Shown here: positions 36,510 to 51,034 of the stretch, one piece after another
Position numbering within the stretch: the stretch's first letter is position 1
Layout: the number at the start of each line of letters is the position of its first letter
Source: Octopus bimaculoides
Taxonomy: Eukaryota
Direction: 5' to 3'
Length of the DNA: 64,000 nt
NCBI RefSeq assembly: GCF_001194135.2
Contig: NC_068981.1
Coordinates: 17,621,423-17,685,422 of the forward strand
Made by a program: the position numbers and the translations under genes
Notes under the pieces: model-generated
Databases searched by the model: none
What the model was told of the DNA's origin: nothing
The model's input: only the letters and a program-made list of their open reading frames with translations

Positions 36510-37103
36510 TACTCTTTTACTCTTTTACTTGTTTCAGTCATTTGACTGTGGCCATGCTGGAGCACCGCCTTTTAGTCGAGCAAATCGACTCCAGGACTTA
36601 TTCTTTGGAAGCTTAGTACTTATTCTATCGATCTCTTTTGCTGAACCGCTAAGTTACGGGGACGTAAACACACCAGCATAATTTGTCAAGCGATGTTGCA
36701 GGGACAAGCACAGACACAAACATATACACACACATATATATATATCTATATATATATATATATATATATTATTGTATAGGCATTATTGTATAGTAATGCC
36801 CTTATATAAATAAAAATATATATTTCGGGAATAAATGATGGATTTTTTCCCTTATGAGGATTTTTTCACGCTAGCTACTTCAAAAATTCTTGTAAAAGAA
36901 TTTGTCCTATTATTGAATTTATATATATATGTATACATATATGCGACGGGCTTCTTTCAGTTTCCGTCTACCAAATCCACTCACAAGGCTTTGGTTCGGC
37001 CCGAGGCTATAGTAGAAGACACTTGCCCAAGGTGCCACGCAGGGGGAATGAACCTGGAATGATGTGGTTCGTAAGCAAGCTACTTACCACACAGTCACTC
37101 CTG
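36510..37103 (-). mobile_element. SINE family A, full length
   Basis: Reverse complement of 4011-4459 with an expanded internal AT-rich segment. Confidence 0.85.
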
Positions 37104-37224
37104 CGTGTGTTTTTAAGAAAATGTTGCAGTCTGCTGGAATTGACAATTCTATGGATAAACAATGCTTTATCAACATGATTTTTACTGTATAATCTGTTCA
37201 ATTGACTTGAACAGCATGACCAGT

Positions 37225-37445
37225 TTGAATTACTAAAGTCCCAAAGAATGGTGATATCTTTGTTTTCTACTAGTTTGGCAGGCTTATGTTCCCACCAGTT
37301 TTTCTCATATGGGATTACAGACTTACAGCATATGATCTGGTATAGATACTGGCCAAATCTATCAGGGCAATTAATATATGCACATGTGGCTAACATGGAT
37401 CAGCCACAGATCAGGTGGTTGACTACTTCTCTGCTTTTACCAAAA
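37225..37445 (-). mobile_element. R4/Dong-clade LINE fragment (zinc-knuckle to RLE region)
   Basis: VVNHLICG.SMLATCAYINCPDRFGQYLYQIICCKSVIPYEKNWWEHKPAKLVENKDITILWDF resembles the HDxV...W.H.P..V.EN....LWDF signature of RLE-type LINEs. Confidence 0.75.
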
Positions 37446-39132
37446 AAACAACAGGAAGGATCAGCACCATTATTAAGGAAGTGAGCTGGCAGAATTGTTT
37501 GCACATCAGACACAATACTCAGTAGCATGTCTTCTAGTTCTTTACATTCTGAGTTCAAATCCCACCAAGGTTAACTTTGACTTTCATCCTTATGGGTTTG
37601 ATAAAATTAACCCTTTGTGCCCTCCTGAACCTTATTTGACCATATACCTGGCTTCCAGATGCACTCCACCGGTAGGGCAGTGCTGTGGTATAGAGAAAAA
37701 TAAGCCATCCCCTGGTAAACCAGTGTTATGGGCTCAAAGGGTTAAATATCAGTAAAAAGATTATTGGCCTTGAGCCAAAATTTGAAACCATTATTATCAT
37801 TATTAAGGAGGAAGCTGGCTGAATCATTAGCGCATCAGACAAAAATGCTTAGGAACATTTCATCCAGCTCTTTAAATTCTGTATTCAATAACTGCTGAAG
37901 TCAACCTTGCATTTCATCCCTTCAGAGTCCATAGAACAAAGTACCAGTCAAGTACTGGGGGTTGCTGTAATCAACTAATCTCCTCCCTCCCCTCAATATT
38001 ACTGGTATTGTGCCAAAATTCGAATCAATGATCTGACACTATTATTATTATTATCATTATTATTATTATTATTATTAAATCAAAATTAAAAGAAGAGTGC
38101 CATTGTCATCTAGTGAATATTTCAACATCTTGTGTGTCTTCAACAGGTTCAAAAAATAATTTTATCAATTTACTTCATTTTGGTTAATATATAAAGGACT
38201 GAGGTAACTCCTCCAGAAGATATAGAGCCAAAATTTTTTTTTTTTTTTTTTTAAGGTGGCGAGCTGGCAGAATCGTTAGCACACCAAGTGAAATGCTTAG
38301 TGGTATTTCTTCTGTCACTACGTTCTGAGTTCAAATTCTGCCAAGGACAACTTTGCCTTTCATTCTTTCGGGGTTGATAAAATAAGTACCAGTTGAACAC
38401 TGGGGTTGATGTAATTGACTAAAATGGCTCCCTCTCCTAAAATGGCTGCCCTTGTGGCAAAATTTTAAACCATTATTATTATTATTATCATTATTATTAT
38501 TAGTAGTAGTAGTATTATTATAGCCTAGCACAGCCTCCCCCAGGCAAACCGTCCAATCCATGCCAGCATAGAAAACAGACGTTAAACAATGATGATGATG
38601 ATAATGATTATCATCATTAAGGTGGTGAGTCAGCAGAATCATTAACATGCCAGGCAAAATGCTTAGCAGTATTTCATCTGTCTTTACATTCTTCTGAGTT
38701 CAAATTTAATTATAAACTTCAGTAAAATCTGAGCCCAGTCACTAAATTAGAAGCTGCAAAGTATTTATCCCCTCGTTAGGCGCTCCCATTCTCATTTGAT
38801 AATGATAAATGCTATTAATGATCAGTACTTTCAAGAAACACTGAAATATATTCTGGACACTCTCTTTATAACCAAAACCAATGGAATTACCATTCTATTA
38901 GTTCTTATTCTTTCAAAAGTTTCAAATTTCAGTAAACCCAAACTAACATGTTCATACTTAAATTGGTCTAGTAAACAAAATATTATTACAACATAAACAT
39001 CATGAGATATCAGTTAGTCAACATCACCGTAGTATACCAATATATAAGCCACAAATATTATTTATTAAATACCTCAAAATTTTGATTATATTGAAATTTA
39101 ATTTAAACACATGTGCAATTTAATCATTTTCT

Positions 39133-39410
39133 TACAGTCAGAAGCATGGAATAAACTACCTGCATCAGTTTTTAGCTATAGAGACACTACATCCTTCAAA
39201 ACTTCCATGCTTCCTGAAATTCGCTAACAGGATACCTGATGCCCCCCACCCCCGTTTCTTCCCCTTCTTTTTTTTTTTTTAAAGACTTTTCCACTGTTCA
39301 CTTTCTATGCATATTCTATGTGCTGTTCATGTGATTTTAGTTGTTTTTTCTGATGAGATTTAGTGTACCTGAGCACTGTATACAATAAGGTCATTACTAT
39401 TATTATTATA
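39133..39410 (+). mobile_element. CR1/L2-group LINE extreme 3' end
   Basis: EAWNKLPASVFSYRDTTSFKTSM, followed by a short 3' UTR and an (ATT)n tail. Confidence 0.55.
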
Positions 39411-39802
39411 ATTATGGTCTCTCTCAACCTATAATTTATGGACTTTATAACTAAATGTCTAACCTACCGAACTTATTATTCGCTATTTTATATCCACATT
39501 TCCACACCACATAAACAGAATGGATTATTTATTGCAACTATTATTTTTATAGTTGGTAGCCATTGTTATAGCTAACCTACTTCAACTGTGAATAAGGACA
39601 AAAACCTGTTTTTCAGTAATTACAGCAGTGTTCATGCAGGGTAAGAGTATGACAAGGTGGATTTTCAGGTTGTCCATACTCCTAAAAGTGCTGTGTTTGA
39701 CGTCATATAAGATACACTTTTTTTTCCAAAAAATATTCTTTAAAAAAATCACCCTGGATCCTAGATACAAAGTTGGGCCTCCCATTAACTAATTTTGTTT
39801 CT

Positions 39803-40030
39803 TATTTTTTTATTGCCCACAAGGGGCTAAACATAGAGGGGACAAACAAGGACAGACAAAGGGGCTAAGTCGATTACATCGACCCCAGTGCGTAAATGGT
39901 ACTTAATTTATTGACCCCGAAAGGATGAAAGGTAAAGTCGACTTTGGCGGAATTTGAACTCAGAACGTAACGGCAGACGAAATACTGCTAAGCATTTCGC
40001 CCGGCATGCTAATGATTCTGCCAGCTCGCC
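39803..40030 (-). mobile_element. Nin/Deu-domain-like SINE, family C
   Basis: Same consensus, with 19-bp TSD ATTAACTAATTTTGTTTCT. Confidence 0.85.
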
Positions 40031-40343
40031 ATTAACTAATTTTGTTTCTGATGCTCTCTTACATGAAAATTCACTGCTGAAATTAAGGTGTGCCAAATAT
40101 ACCTGTATGTCTTTTATATCATCAAATATAAATTGATTAAAGAAAGTGGAGAATGTGGTGGGTTGCAAAAGATCAAAGAGAAATCTACGAATTCTATTTT
40201 CAATTAATGCAATTCCTTTCACAGAACATAAGAAACATTGAAGAAGTTACCAAGTGTTAAAACGTTTTATCAGCTTCTCTCATCAAATCTTTACCTAAAC
40301 TAAATCAATGGACCCAGAGGCCATAGTCTTTGCAGTGGATCTC

Positions 40344-40376
<33 letters not shown>

Positions 40377-40386
40377 NNNNNNNNNN

Positions 40387-40429
<43 letters not shown>

Positions 40430-43400
40430 CCGCAGACTAAGGTTTCTATTCATATTGATTACCAACAACTTAATTTTTACCTCCATATCAGATCAGACAA
40501 TCTGAAGAGATAAGACAAATTGTTAAAAACTGAAAGAATGTCAACAACTGATGACAAATGATATCAATCACTATTAATATGATTAATGATCATTATTGTC
40601 ATCATTTAACGTCTGTTTCCACTGCTGGCATGGGTTGGGCAATTCGACAGAAGCTGGAGAGCCTGAGGACTGTATCAAGTAATTTCTGCTACAGCTATTC
40701 TTCATTTTTGGAACATTTTTGATTTGACTGAAGACACGATTATCACCAATATCTCACCAATCAACAGCCATCCCAATATATATTGTGAACTATTAAAATG
40801 TAACATGTGCTAATTTTAAGAATTAAAATGGTCTACATATTAATCTATAGAACTTCTGAACCGTTTTTATTCTTGAATTATTTCAAAGATAACTTCATTT
40901 AATTTCTATTAACAAAATTTGACAATTCTTTTTTTAAGTCAATAAATATATAATTAAATTACAGCTGTACTTCAACAACACTTTAAAAAATCTTACACTT
41001 TACACTATCCTCGCACAGTCACATTACATCGTCTGTGTTAATAAAACTGCTATGAACAGACAGTAACAGCGACCGCTTTCTTTCACTTTTAAAAGTTACT
41101 AACAGGATTTTCTTTTGTAGTGAAACAAAGAGTTACTTTAAAATATAGTGTTGAATTGTGTGATTAGTCACTTTTCAAGGGGAAGTAAATCTTGTGAACC
41201 TACTTGGACTGTTAAGTTGAAGATTATAGATTATGGAAATGACTGGAATATAAAAGTATCTTTCTATGTAAGTGTATATAAATGTAATAGATTAGTAGTT
41301 TTTAATGAAATTTATATTCTATTTCGTTGAAATTAATTAAATTATCTATATCAAAATTTCGTGCGAAATTCTTTAAAGACGAAATTATTTAAGGAAGGGA
41401 CATAACTCCTCCTTTTCTGACTACTACAATTTGCATTTAAAAAGAAGTTATTCACGAAAAACGAGAGATTAAACTACATGACAGTTTTTATGTCACATAA
41501 GATTAATGGTTTCCAATATCGACAATAGTTCGTGTGGAGAAGAGAAAAGCTGGGAAAGCTGTGACGTTCACTAACTCTTTTACATAATTAAGGCATTAAG
41601 TGAAGCTAATCCAATAGAATGAATTCCACTCACTATAAAATTGGTTCTCATAATATTAACAACCTTAATTATTCTTGTAACAGACGCGCAGCTTTCATTT
41701 AACATGCTTCTGCAACAAATATTAGCAACTTCATTGAAGCTGCGATAGTCACAGTTGGATAACATAACCACACACTATATTCCATCATCAAGACTGTACA
41801 GTTTTCCTATTCAGTACACAAATTTCAAAATATACCATGCAAAACAGTAGTCTACCTAACCATAAATAGGTACCATGGAAGGTATAATTTACTATATTAT
41901 CTTGTCTACTTAGCTGTCAATTAACACTATGTGAATGCTTTGTTTAACACTATTTCCAGTCTGCCAATGAATTTTTTTAAATCCCATCTTTGAGCAAAAC
42001 ATTAAAAGTGCATTTGTTGGTGAGATTCCAGTTCGGGAGATGAAAAGTGCTGAAGAGTATGGAGTTAAACTTTTAGTCCCCATTAATCCCAGATCTACTC
42101 AAGCTTAGGATGGTAGTATCTGTCAAAGGCCCCATTTATGAATCAAATATCAGAAGATTGTCTTGAGACTAAAGCATACAGGACACAAAGGAGTGCTGGC
42201 CCCTAGACATGTGATACACAGCTCCACTGGTATGTGGACAAAGACCCTGATATCACATGAATGAGTCCTCCTGCTAAAAGGTGAAATAGACTCTGTTCTG
42301 CAAGGTTAACTAGGGAGAACAGAATACTAACGAGTAAAGACTAAGGAAACCCATTGTTGAATCATTCTGGTGAAAAATCACAAATCTTCAGATTTTGGTA
42401 CAGAGATCCAAGATTTGTGATACCTGTAGGTATGGCACCGTGAAGAGAGAGGGAGGAAAATCTCCATACACATCATCATCATCTTTTCATATCCTCTTTT
42501 CCTGTTGGTATGGGTTGAACAGTTTGACAGGAGTTGGAAAGTCAAAAGACTGTATCAGGCTTTACTGAATGCTTTGGTATAGTTTCTATGACTGGATGCC
42601 CTTTCTAATGTCAACCACTATACAGAATGTACAGGGTGCTTTTTTACATGGTGCCAGCAACACTGAGGTCACAAGTAACTAGCAAAACATGGAAAAGTAG
42701 TTTTGAAGGAGGTGGATTTGTGCCAGCCAGATGACAAGTCAGTTTGAATAGAGGGTCAGACATAGGTAAGTTGCAGTAAAGGATGGCTGCTTCAGCTGGA
42801 GAGAGAGATGGTGAAGATGTGACAAGACATACACCCAATTCAGGATTGGATAGGGTAAGTGGATGGGTAAGGTCACAAGATTGCAAAAGGTGAGTGGGGA
42901 GTGAAGGAGAAGGAATGTAGTGAGTGAACACAAATAGAGGGAGGGAGTGTTAGGAGAGCATGATGTGGGGAAAGCGATTCAATAGGGACACATTGTGTGC
43001 AGCTGAGTTTACAAGAGTGTGAAGAGAGAGTAGGAGGTAGTGGGGAGAGGAAAATAGTGAGTGGAAATGCGAGGATGGAGAATGTGTTAGAAAGATACAT
43101 TGTTGGGGTGAGGTCTGTCAGGGACAGATTGTGTGCAGCGGTATGAGCTCAAATGACATGCCTTTAAGGTCTCCATTTTACCTGTCTTTATGGCTATCCT
43201 TCCATCAAATTCAAATTTCTTGGCTTGAGGTTGTTTTATTAGTTCATGTTGTTATTTAGCCACGGGTCAACTGTAATCATGTAGACCTATGATCAATTGC
43301 ATTCCTTTGTGCCCATCATTGTCTTTTCAGAGGTATGTCTAAGACTATATTATCCAAAAGGGCAGCAAGCTGGCAGAATCGTTAGCACGCTGGGCAAAAT

Positions 43401-44194
43401 GTTTAGCAGTATTTCTTCTGCCATTACATTCTGAGTTCAAATTCCACCAAGGTCGACTTTGCCTTTCATCCTTTCAGGGTCAATTAAATAAGTACCAGTT
43501 ATGCACTGGGGTCGATGCAATCGACTTAATCCCTTTGTGTTTAGCCCCTGTGGGGAATAAAGAAATGTATATTATCCAATATGTCCTTACCTTATTTAAG
43601 ATGCTGGATGAATTTTCAAGATTTTGCTGCTCTTTCTGGGTACTTGAGGACCCAGAAAGAGCCTTCCTTGTTGTGATTAATATGGGTGGTAGTTGTCCTT
43701 GTTATTACTTTGTTAATCATAGCCAAGAAGAATGCCAGTTTAACACAAATGGAATGACTTTTCGTCAGAAAGATGAAGCATGATTTACTTACCTTACCAA
43801 CAATATGATCAGTGAATAGCACCATAACTCACAGCAATTGTAAGTGGTAAACCATAATACAAGAAATATGGTACTAAGATGTGACGGGAAAAGAAAATAT
43901 AATAAATTAAAATGTACTGTGTGTGTGTGTGTGTGTGTGTGATTTGGCAGAGATGTTATAGTATTGGCCAAAATGCCTTGTGGTATTTATTCACGCTCTT
44001 TGTGCTCTGCTGAGTTCAATTTCTACTAAGGTCAACTTACCTGTTCATCCTTCAGAGCTTAATAAAATACCAGCCTTCTAGCCTAAGACAGTAGAGAATT
44101 GGGAACATTAAAGTATTGAATATTGTTCATTCCATCTCACTGCATTCTAAGTTGAAATCCCACTGTGGTCTATGTGGATTGTAGATGTAAGCTA

Positions 44195-44426
44195 AGGTGG
44201 AGAGCTGGCAGAAACGTTAGCACGCCGGACAAAATGCTTAGCGGTATTTCGTCTGCTGTTACGTTCTGAGTTCAAATTCCGCCGAGGTCGACTTTGCCTT
44301 TCATCCTTTCAGGGTCGATAAATTAAGTACCAGTTACGCACTGGAGTCGATGTAATCAACTTAACCCCTTTGTCTGTCCTTGTTTGTCCCCTCTATGTTT
44401 AGCCCCTTGTGGGCAATAAAGAAATA
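44195..44426 (+). mobile_element. Nin/Deu-domain-like SINE, family C
   Basis: Same consensus, with 12-bp TSD AGATGTAAGCTA. Confidence 0.85.
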
Positions 44427-46079
44427 AGATGTAAGCTATCATCCAGTTTAATACCACCACCTGGACCTTAAGAGTCTTTAGCAAAGCCTGCTCTGTTGCA
44501 AGCATACAAACCAGCTCTCCAATTCGAGAGTACCTTCTTCCCTTTTTCCTACCAGTCTAGGTGGTCATGTGAAGAGTCATGAGCTTGGATCTCCCCTCCT
44601 GATTAAGTCATCATCATCATCATCATCATCATTTAACGTCAATGTTCCATGCTGGTATGGGTTGGACAGTTCAACTGGATCCGATGGTTCCAAGGACTGC
44701 ATCATGCTGCAATGTCTGCTTTGGCATGGTTTCTATAGCCGGATGCCCTTCCTAATGCCAATCATTTTACAGTATGGGCTGGGTGCTTTTGTTTTTTTTT
44801 TGTTTTTTGTTGTGCCACCGAAGTTATCATGCAACTCACAGAACTACAAACTCGGTGGGATGGAACCAGCTTCATACTGGCAGATGAGAGGATTGAACTA
44901 TGAGAAGTGGTGGGGGGGGGGCCTTGCAGGTTTTTGTAGAGTATTTGTATGGCTACTCACTTTTAGTAGAGGAAAAAAGAGAAAGACAAAACGAACTGTA
45001 GGAGCTGCAAGACATAAGGAATGATGACAAGGTGCCTAGGTGACCCCACAAGACACAAGGTGAGTTGAAGAATTAGTTTACAAGATTGTACAAATCAAAA
45101 TCGTGGTGGCACCTGTACCAGTGGAGCACTAAGAGCACTGTCTGAGCATGATCATTGCCAGAGCAGCTGTCTGACTTCCATGCCAGTGGCATGTAAATAG
45201 CACCATTTGAGCATGATCGTTACCAGCATCACTGGCACGTGAAAAGACATTCGAGCAAGGTCATTGCCAGTGCCGCTGGACTGGCTCCTGTGCAGGTGGC
45301 ACATAAAATACACCATTTTGAGCATGGCCGTTGCTAGTACTGCCTGACTGGCCTTCATGCCGGTGGCATGTAAAAGCACCCACTAAACTCTCTGAGTGGT
45401 TGGTGTTAGGAAGGGCATCCAGCTGTAGCCATCTGGTTTGCCAGTCTTCAGTCAAATCATCCAACCCATGCTAGCATGGAAGGTGGACGTTAAACGATGA
45501 TGATGATGATGTATGGGAAAGAGAATGATGGGAGTGATAGGGACATAGACTGATATAAAAGTTAACCTGGTGCCATGATAAAATGCACCTGAGAAAGCAA
45601 AGATAACATTAAGTTGAGGGCTCTTTTAGTTTCGTCCCACAGAGGATGTGACTATGCTATGATACCAGACACTCAGTACATTCAGTAAAGTGGATAACAA
45701 ATGAACAGAGAAAACATAGGACTCTATAGAAAAGGGTCTTGTTTTGCAGAAGACATGACATATACTTGCTTTAGTCAGCTTAATCCCCCTAATAGTGCTG
45801 TTCAACAAGATCTCATGGTTTTCTCACTAGACTGAGAAAGGCTGTAGCTCAATGTAGTTACATAAGAGAAAGACGTACCATGAATATCATGTTTTGGCAT
45901 GGTTTCTACAGCTGGACGCCCTTCTTAATACCAAATACTTTACAGAGTGTACTGGATGCTTTTACATACTACCAGTATAGGTGTGTTTACTGGGTGCTTT
46001 TTACATGGCACCAGTACCCACAAGATTAGGAATACTCAGCTGGAGAGGGATGCAGGGGACAACCATGCAAGGACAACCA

Positions 46080-46565
46080 TACTTTTATTTGGCTTGGCAT
46101 GTTTTCTCAAACACAGTGAACTGCCACGGGTTAGGGTCCTTTGTCATCCCCTCTGTGAGGTCCAAGGTCTGTAGATCTTTTCTCACCACTTTGTCCCACT
46201 TTGTCCTGGGTCTATCTCTTCTACATGTTCCCTCTACAATTAAAGATCAGCACTTCTTGATGCTACTGTCTTCCTTCATATACATTACATGGTCATACCA
46301 GTGCAGTCTTCTCTCTTGCATGCTACATCTGATGCTACGTATACCCAGTTTTTCTCTCAAATCATTTAGAATCCGTCACATATGCACACTGACATTACCC
46401 ATCCAGTGGAGCATACTGGTTTCATTTCTTTCAAACCTTTACATATCCTCAATAGTCACAGCTACTACCACAGAGGTAGTAGCTCTCTGAACTTCATCCA
46501 GCCTACTCTTATTCTAGCAGCTATGCTTTCATTACAACCTCCCCCACTGCTTACTTGGTTGAATG
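46080..46565 (-). mobile_element. RTE-clade LINE ORF2 C-terminal fragment
   Basis: RFERNETSMLHWMGNVSVH...LREKLGIRSIRCSMQERRLHWYDHVM...EGTCRRDRPR.KWD, with stops. Confidence 0.8.
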
Positions 46566-46880
46566 CTCAATACTGCATTGATGGATAAAATTTCTTTATT
46601 TATGAGTTAAAGCCACCATTGGCTTCATGTTAAGCCTGCCACATGAAACAATGGCTCATCTTCATCTTGGATTAAAACTTGATAAAATCTCATAAGACCA
46701 TGATAAAGTAATTTGAGGTTTTGGGTAAACAAATAAATATCATTCATTTGTTTGCCAAAAACCTTGCATTATTTTATCATGATCTAACATAATTTTATTA
46801 TATTTTAATCCATGATGGAAATGAGTACCAATACTCCATGTGATAGGCTAGATAACTGTTAAGATAATGGTTTCATAAAA

Positions 46881-46929
<49 letters not shown>

Positions 46930-47402
46930 NNNNNNNNNNNNNNNNNNNNNNNNNNNNNNNNNNNNNNNNNNNNNNNNNNNNNNNNNNNNNNNNNNNNNNN
47001 NNNNNNNNNNNNNNNNNNNNNNNNNNNNNNNNNNNNNNNNNNNNNNNNNNNNNNNNNNNNNNNNNNNNNNNNNNNNNNNNNNNNNNNNNNNNNNNNNNNN
47101 NNNNNNNNNNNNNNNNNNNNNNNNNNNNNNNNNNNNNNNNNNNNNNNNNNNNNNNNNNNNNNNNNNNNNNNNNNNNNNNNNNNNNNNNNNNNNNNNNNNN
47201 NNNNNNNNNNNNNNNNNNNNNNNNNNNNNNNNNNNNNNNNNNNNNNNNNNNNNNNNNNNNNNNNNNNNNNNNNNNNNNNNNNNNNNNNNNNNNNNNNNNN
47301 NNNNNNNNNNNNNNNNNNNNNNNNNNNNNNNNNNNNNNNNNNNNNNNNNNNNNNNNNNNNNNNNNNNNNNNNNNNNNNNNNNNNNNNNNNNNNNNNNNNN
47401 NN

Positions 47403-47450
<48 letters not shown>

Positions 47451-49376
47451 AGACTTTACACTATCTTAAAACTTAGAGACAGAAATGTTTGCTGATGATG
47501 ATACACTTATCTGCCAATGTAAGGAACAAGCAGAACATAGTGAATACCTTTGGCAGGGCAGCCACAAAGCTCAACTTAAATATTCATTAACATTCAGAAA
47601 ACATATGCATCAGTAATTGTTAGATCAGTGACTTCATTGATGTTCTTCTACTCTAAATGGTTGACCTGAGATGCAGGAAAGATCTACATCTAGACATTTG
47701 TTAAATGTTTTAGTTGAACCTTTTGTTTCTGAGCCTTTCTGAAAGAGAATTCCAATTCTAGGCTATTAAATGCTAAATTGCTGCAGTAAAGATTCAGCAT
47801 TTCACAGCATGAAGCACTAAGTTTGAAGATTTGACATTATAGCTTATTCTTTATTTGTTCTCTTACATGTGCCAAAGTTTAGTAAAAGAAACAATTTAAA
47901 AGTGCCTGTTGCATGGACAATCAGCTGGTGCCTTCTATAATATCCACAGATTGACTAACGTAGTGTGAATAAAATTTATTAGACAGAAAACATAAGTGAC
48001 CTGTTGTGTACGTGTGTATACAAAGTTTGTCCTGGCATGTGTGCACTGATTCATCATCATCATCATCATCGTCTAACGTCTGCTTTCTATGCTAGCATGG
48101 GTTGGACAATTTGACTGAGGACTGGTGAAATCAGATGGCTACACCAGGCTCCAATCTGATTTGGCAGAGTTTCTACAGCTGGATGCCCTTCCTAACGGCA
48201 ACCACTCCGAGAGTGTAGTGGGTGCTTTTACGTGCCACTGGTACGAAGGCCAGTCAGGGGGTACTGGCAATGGCCACACTCGAAATGGTGTATTTTACGT
48301 GCCACCTGTACAGGAGCCAGTCCATCAGTACTGGCAATGATCTCGATCGAATGTCTTTTCACGTGCCACCGGCACAAGTGCCAGGAAGGTGACGAAAAGT
48401 CACTATCCTACAAATGCTGTCATTTGTTTGCAATCCTTAAAAGCATGTTCCACCAATGAGGAAAGACTAAGGGAAATATTACCTTACTTGAAAACAGGTA
48501 AGCATTGGCAACAGGAAGAGCATCTGGCTGTAGAAATATCTGCCTCAACAAGTCTTGTCTGGCACATGCAAGCATAGAAAAGGATGTTACAATTAAGATG
48601 ATAACGATATGAGGATGAAAATCTATTCAATGTGTATGACCTTGCTTGCTCATAAGCTGCAAAGTGAAGATGAAATTTTCACCCAGCTACGACTTCTACT
48701 ACTATCACATGTCTCTTTTCAGTTAAATGCAATGCAGAATCATGACATTTGACACTGTGTACAGACACATACCTTTTCAAACCACCAATAGAAAGATAAC
48801 ATTTATTATATGGTTGACAGACATTTTGTTCTTTCAAGTGGAGAAAATTTATAACTAGATTGCTTTGGTCCATGCAAGGACAACTCATCTTGCATATGAA
48901 CTACATATAGCCTACCCACTTCAGTCTGCTACATCACAAGATAACTACAATGCTTACATTTACTAACAACATTATTCACATAGTCTTTCTAAAATATATG
49001 CGAAATTTGTTGAAGATACTTTTGTTGAAAACACAGCAATGTTTTAACATTTTAAATAGGTAGGGAGGTTCTGAAAGGGGTCTCAGGGAGTAGTGTCCCT
49101 ACCTTCCTGGGCTAGTTTTCCACCACATTTCTTAAAAATTGTGGTAGAGGCCTTGGCCTTGAGACCACTCATGTCTAGAAACTGAGGTTGGGGGTAAGCA
49201 AGGGCATGCTCCCCGTAGAAAATCCAGCTCCAAAAAGGCTTCATGATAGCAAAGAAGAATGGGCACCAGCCAGCCCAAAGATTGGGGTGGACTGCACCTG
49301 CCTGTCTCAATTGCTATGGCATTGAGGTAGATCTGGCCACCCCCATTGACAAGGACAAAATCCAGATTTAAAATAT

Positions 49377-49412
<36 letters not shown>

Positions 49413-49527
49413 TCTCTGTTACACAGCCATACAACAGAAAAATGCATGTTTTGAAAAAATAATTTGTTTCATGTCATTCTTTTATAAAGCATTAGGAGCT
49501 TGATCCAAAAGATATCCATGAATTCTA

Positions 49528-49755
49528 TTGGGTTGTCCGGAAAGTTCGTGCCGATTTATAGTAGTTTACCTTTCAACTTATTTGCCATGAAACCACCTCA
49601 ATTCTGGGAAGAGGGTATTTTCAAGTTAAAGGAAAGATGGAGACACATTGTGCAACAAAATGGTTCATATTTGATTGATTAAAAATGTAATGGCAAGTAT
49701 TTATTGACCTTTTTCTTTCCTTTAAAAATCGTCATGAACTTTCCGGACAACTCAA
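49528..49755 (+). mobile_element. Mariner deletion derivative (MITE)
   Basis: TA TSDs. TIRs TTGGGTTGTCCGGAAAGTTCGTGCCGATTT / AAATCGTCATGAACTTTCCGGACAACTCAA. Retains the mariner C-terminus FWEEGIFKLKERWRHIVQQNGSYLID*. Confidence 0.88.
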
Positions 49756-51034
49756 TATTTGCAATTTTCTTATCAGGATCCCTGTTTAACATGCTACCAA
49801 GATGTTTGAAGGAAGATGCAATGTTCAAAGTTTTACCATATATAATTGCTTTTGGACCCACACAAAGCTTTTTAGACAGGGTTGATAAAAAGATTTCATC
49901 AAGGATTATTGTGACACTTAACATGTTACATGCCAATGAATTTGAGCCTTAAGAGTTTGAAGATATTTTTCATAGTGGATGACAATATTAGAATCATCAG
50001 CGTACACGAGATCTCTTATTAGAGATACAGAACTGTGTAATTTAGAATTAAGATGTTTAAGGTTGAATAACTTCCCAGTTATGCAATAGCATTATCATCA
50101 TTTAACATCCATCTTCCATGCTGGCATGGGTTGGAAGATCTGACAGATGGTAAGCAGAGGACTGTGCCAAGCTCTACTGTCAACTTTGGTATGCTTTCTA
50201 TGACAGGATACCCTTCCTAATACCAACCATTTTAGAGTGTACTGGGTGATTTTTATATGGCATTATTACTGGCAAGGTCACCAACTAACATGCAAGACAA
50301 AAACAAAGGCCCTTCAACCAAAGGAGTAGTATTGAGGGAGATGGCTTTGAGTCAGATGAGGAGAGGTTAAACTATGGCAGAGGGGCAGAAATAAGGGGAG
50401 ATACATGATTACCCTAGTTAGAGGAAAGAGAGAGATTGAGATGATGTACCAGAGCATACTCTCAAGGTACAGGAGGCGAATGTAAGTGGAGTGTTACAGA
50501 GGACTGGACAGGGTGAGTGAGCAGGGAGTTCATGAGAGTGTGAATGGAGAGTAGAAGACAGAGGGGAGAGGAAGTGGAAGGGGAAGGCAGTGAGTGGTGA
50601 GCACAGGTATGTAGGGGAGTGGCAAAATAGTAATGATATACAGATGGCAGGGGGAAGGACAGGAGAAAAAGATAACAAAGTAGCATTGGGCTACAGGAGC
50701 AGGTAGGGAGAGAGTCAAGCATAATACATGATGAGACATTGTTTGGTTCACTGAGGCGGTGGAGCAATTAATGTAATGTATGGGTGGAGAATACATAATA
50801 CACAGCGTTTCTATAACTCATTTTCGATGAGGTGGGTGGATCTTCTCAAGAACCTCATATTGAGAGACATTTTGACTTGTTGTCATCTCTTCCATAATAC
50901 TCAATATCTTGTGATCAGCCATCACTACTTCATCCTATGTCTTCCTAGTCTCCTTCTTCTGCAGGTTCCACCCACTTTAAGCAATCAGTGCCTCATTATA
51001 CAACTGTCCTCATTCATACATGTCACATGACTAA

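Noticed and set aside
38147-38203. Possible terminal p62 exon (CAG|GTTCA...GAG|GTAAC)
   Set aside because: The end of the UBA exon is in a gap, so phase cannot be tested, and the peptide has no homology. It is left unannotated.
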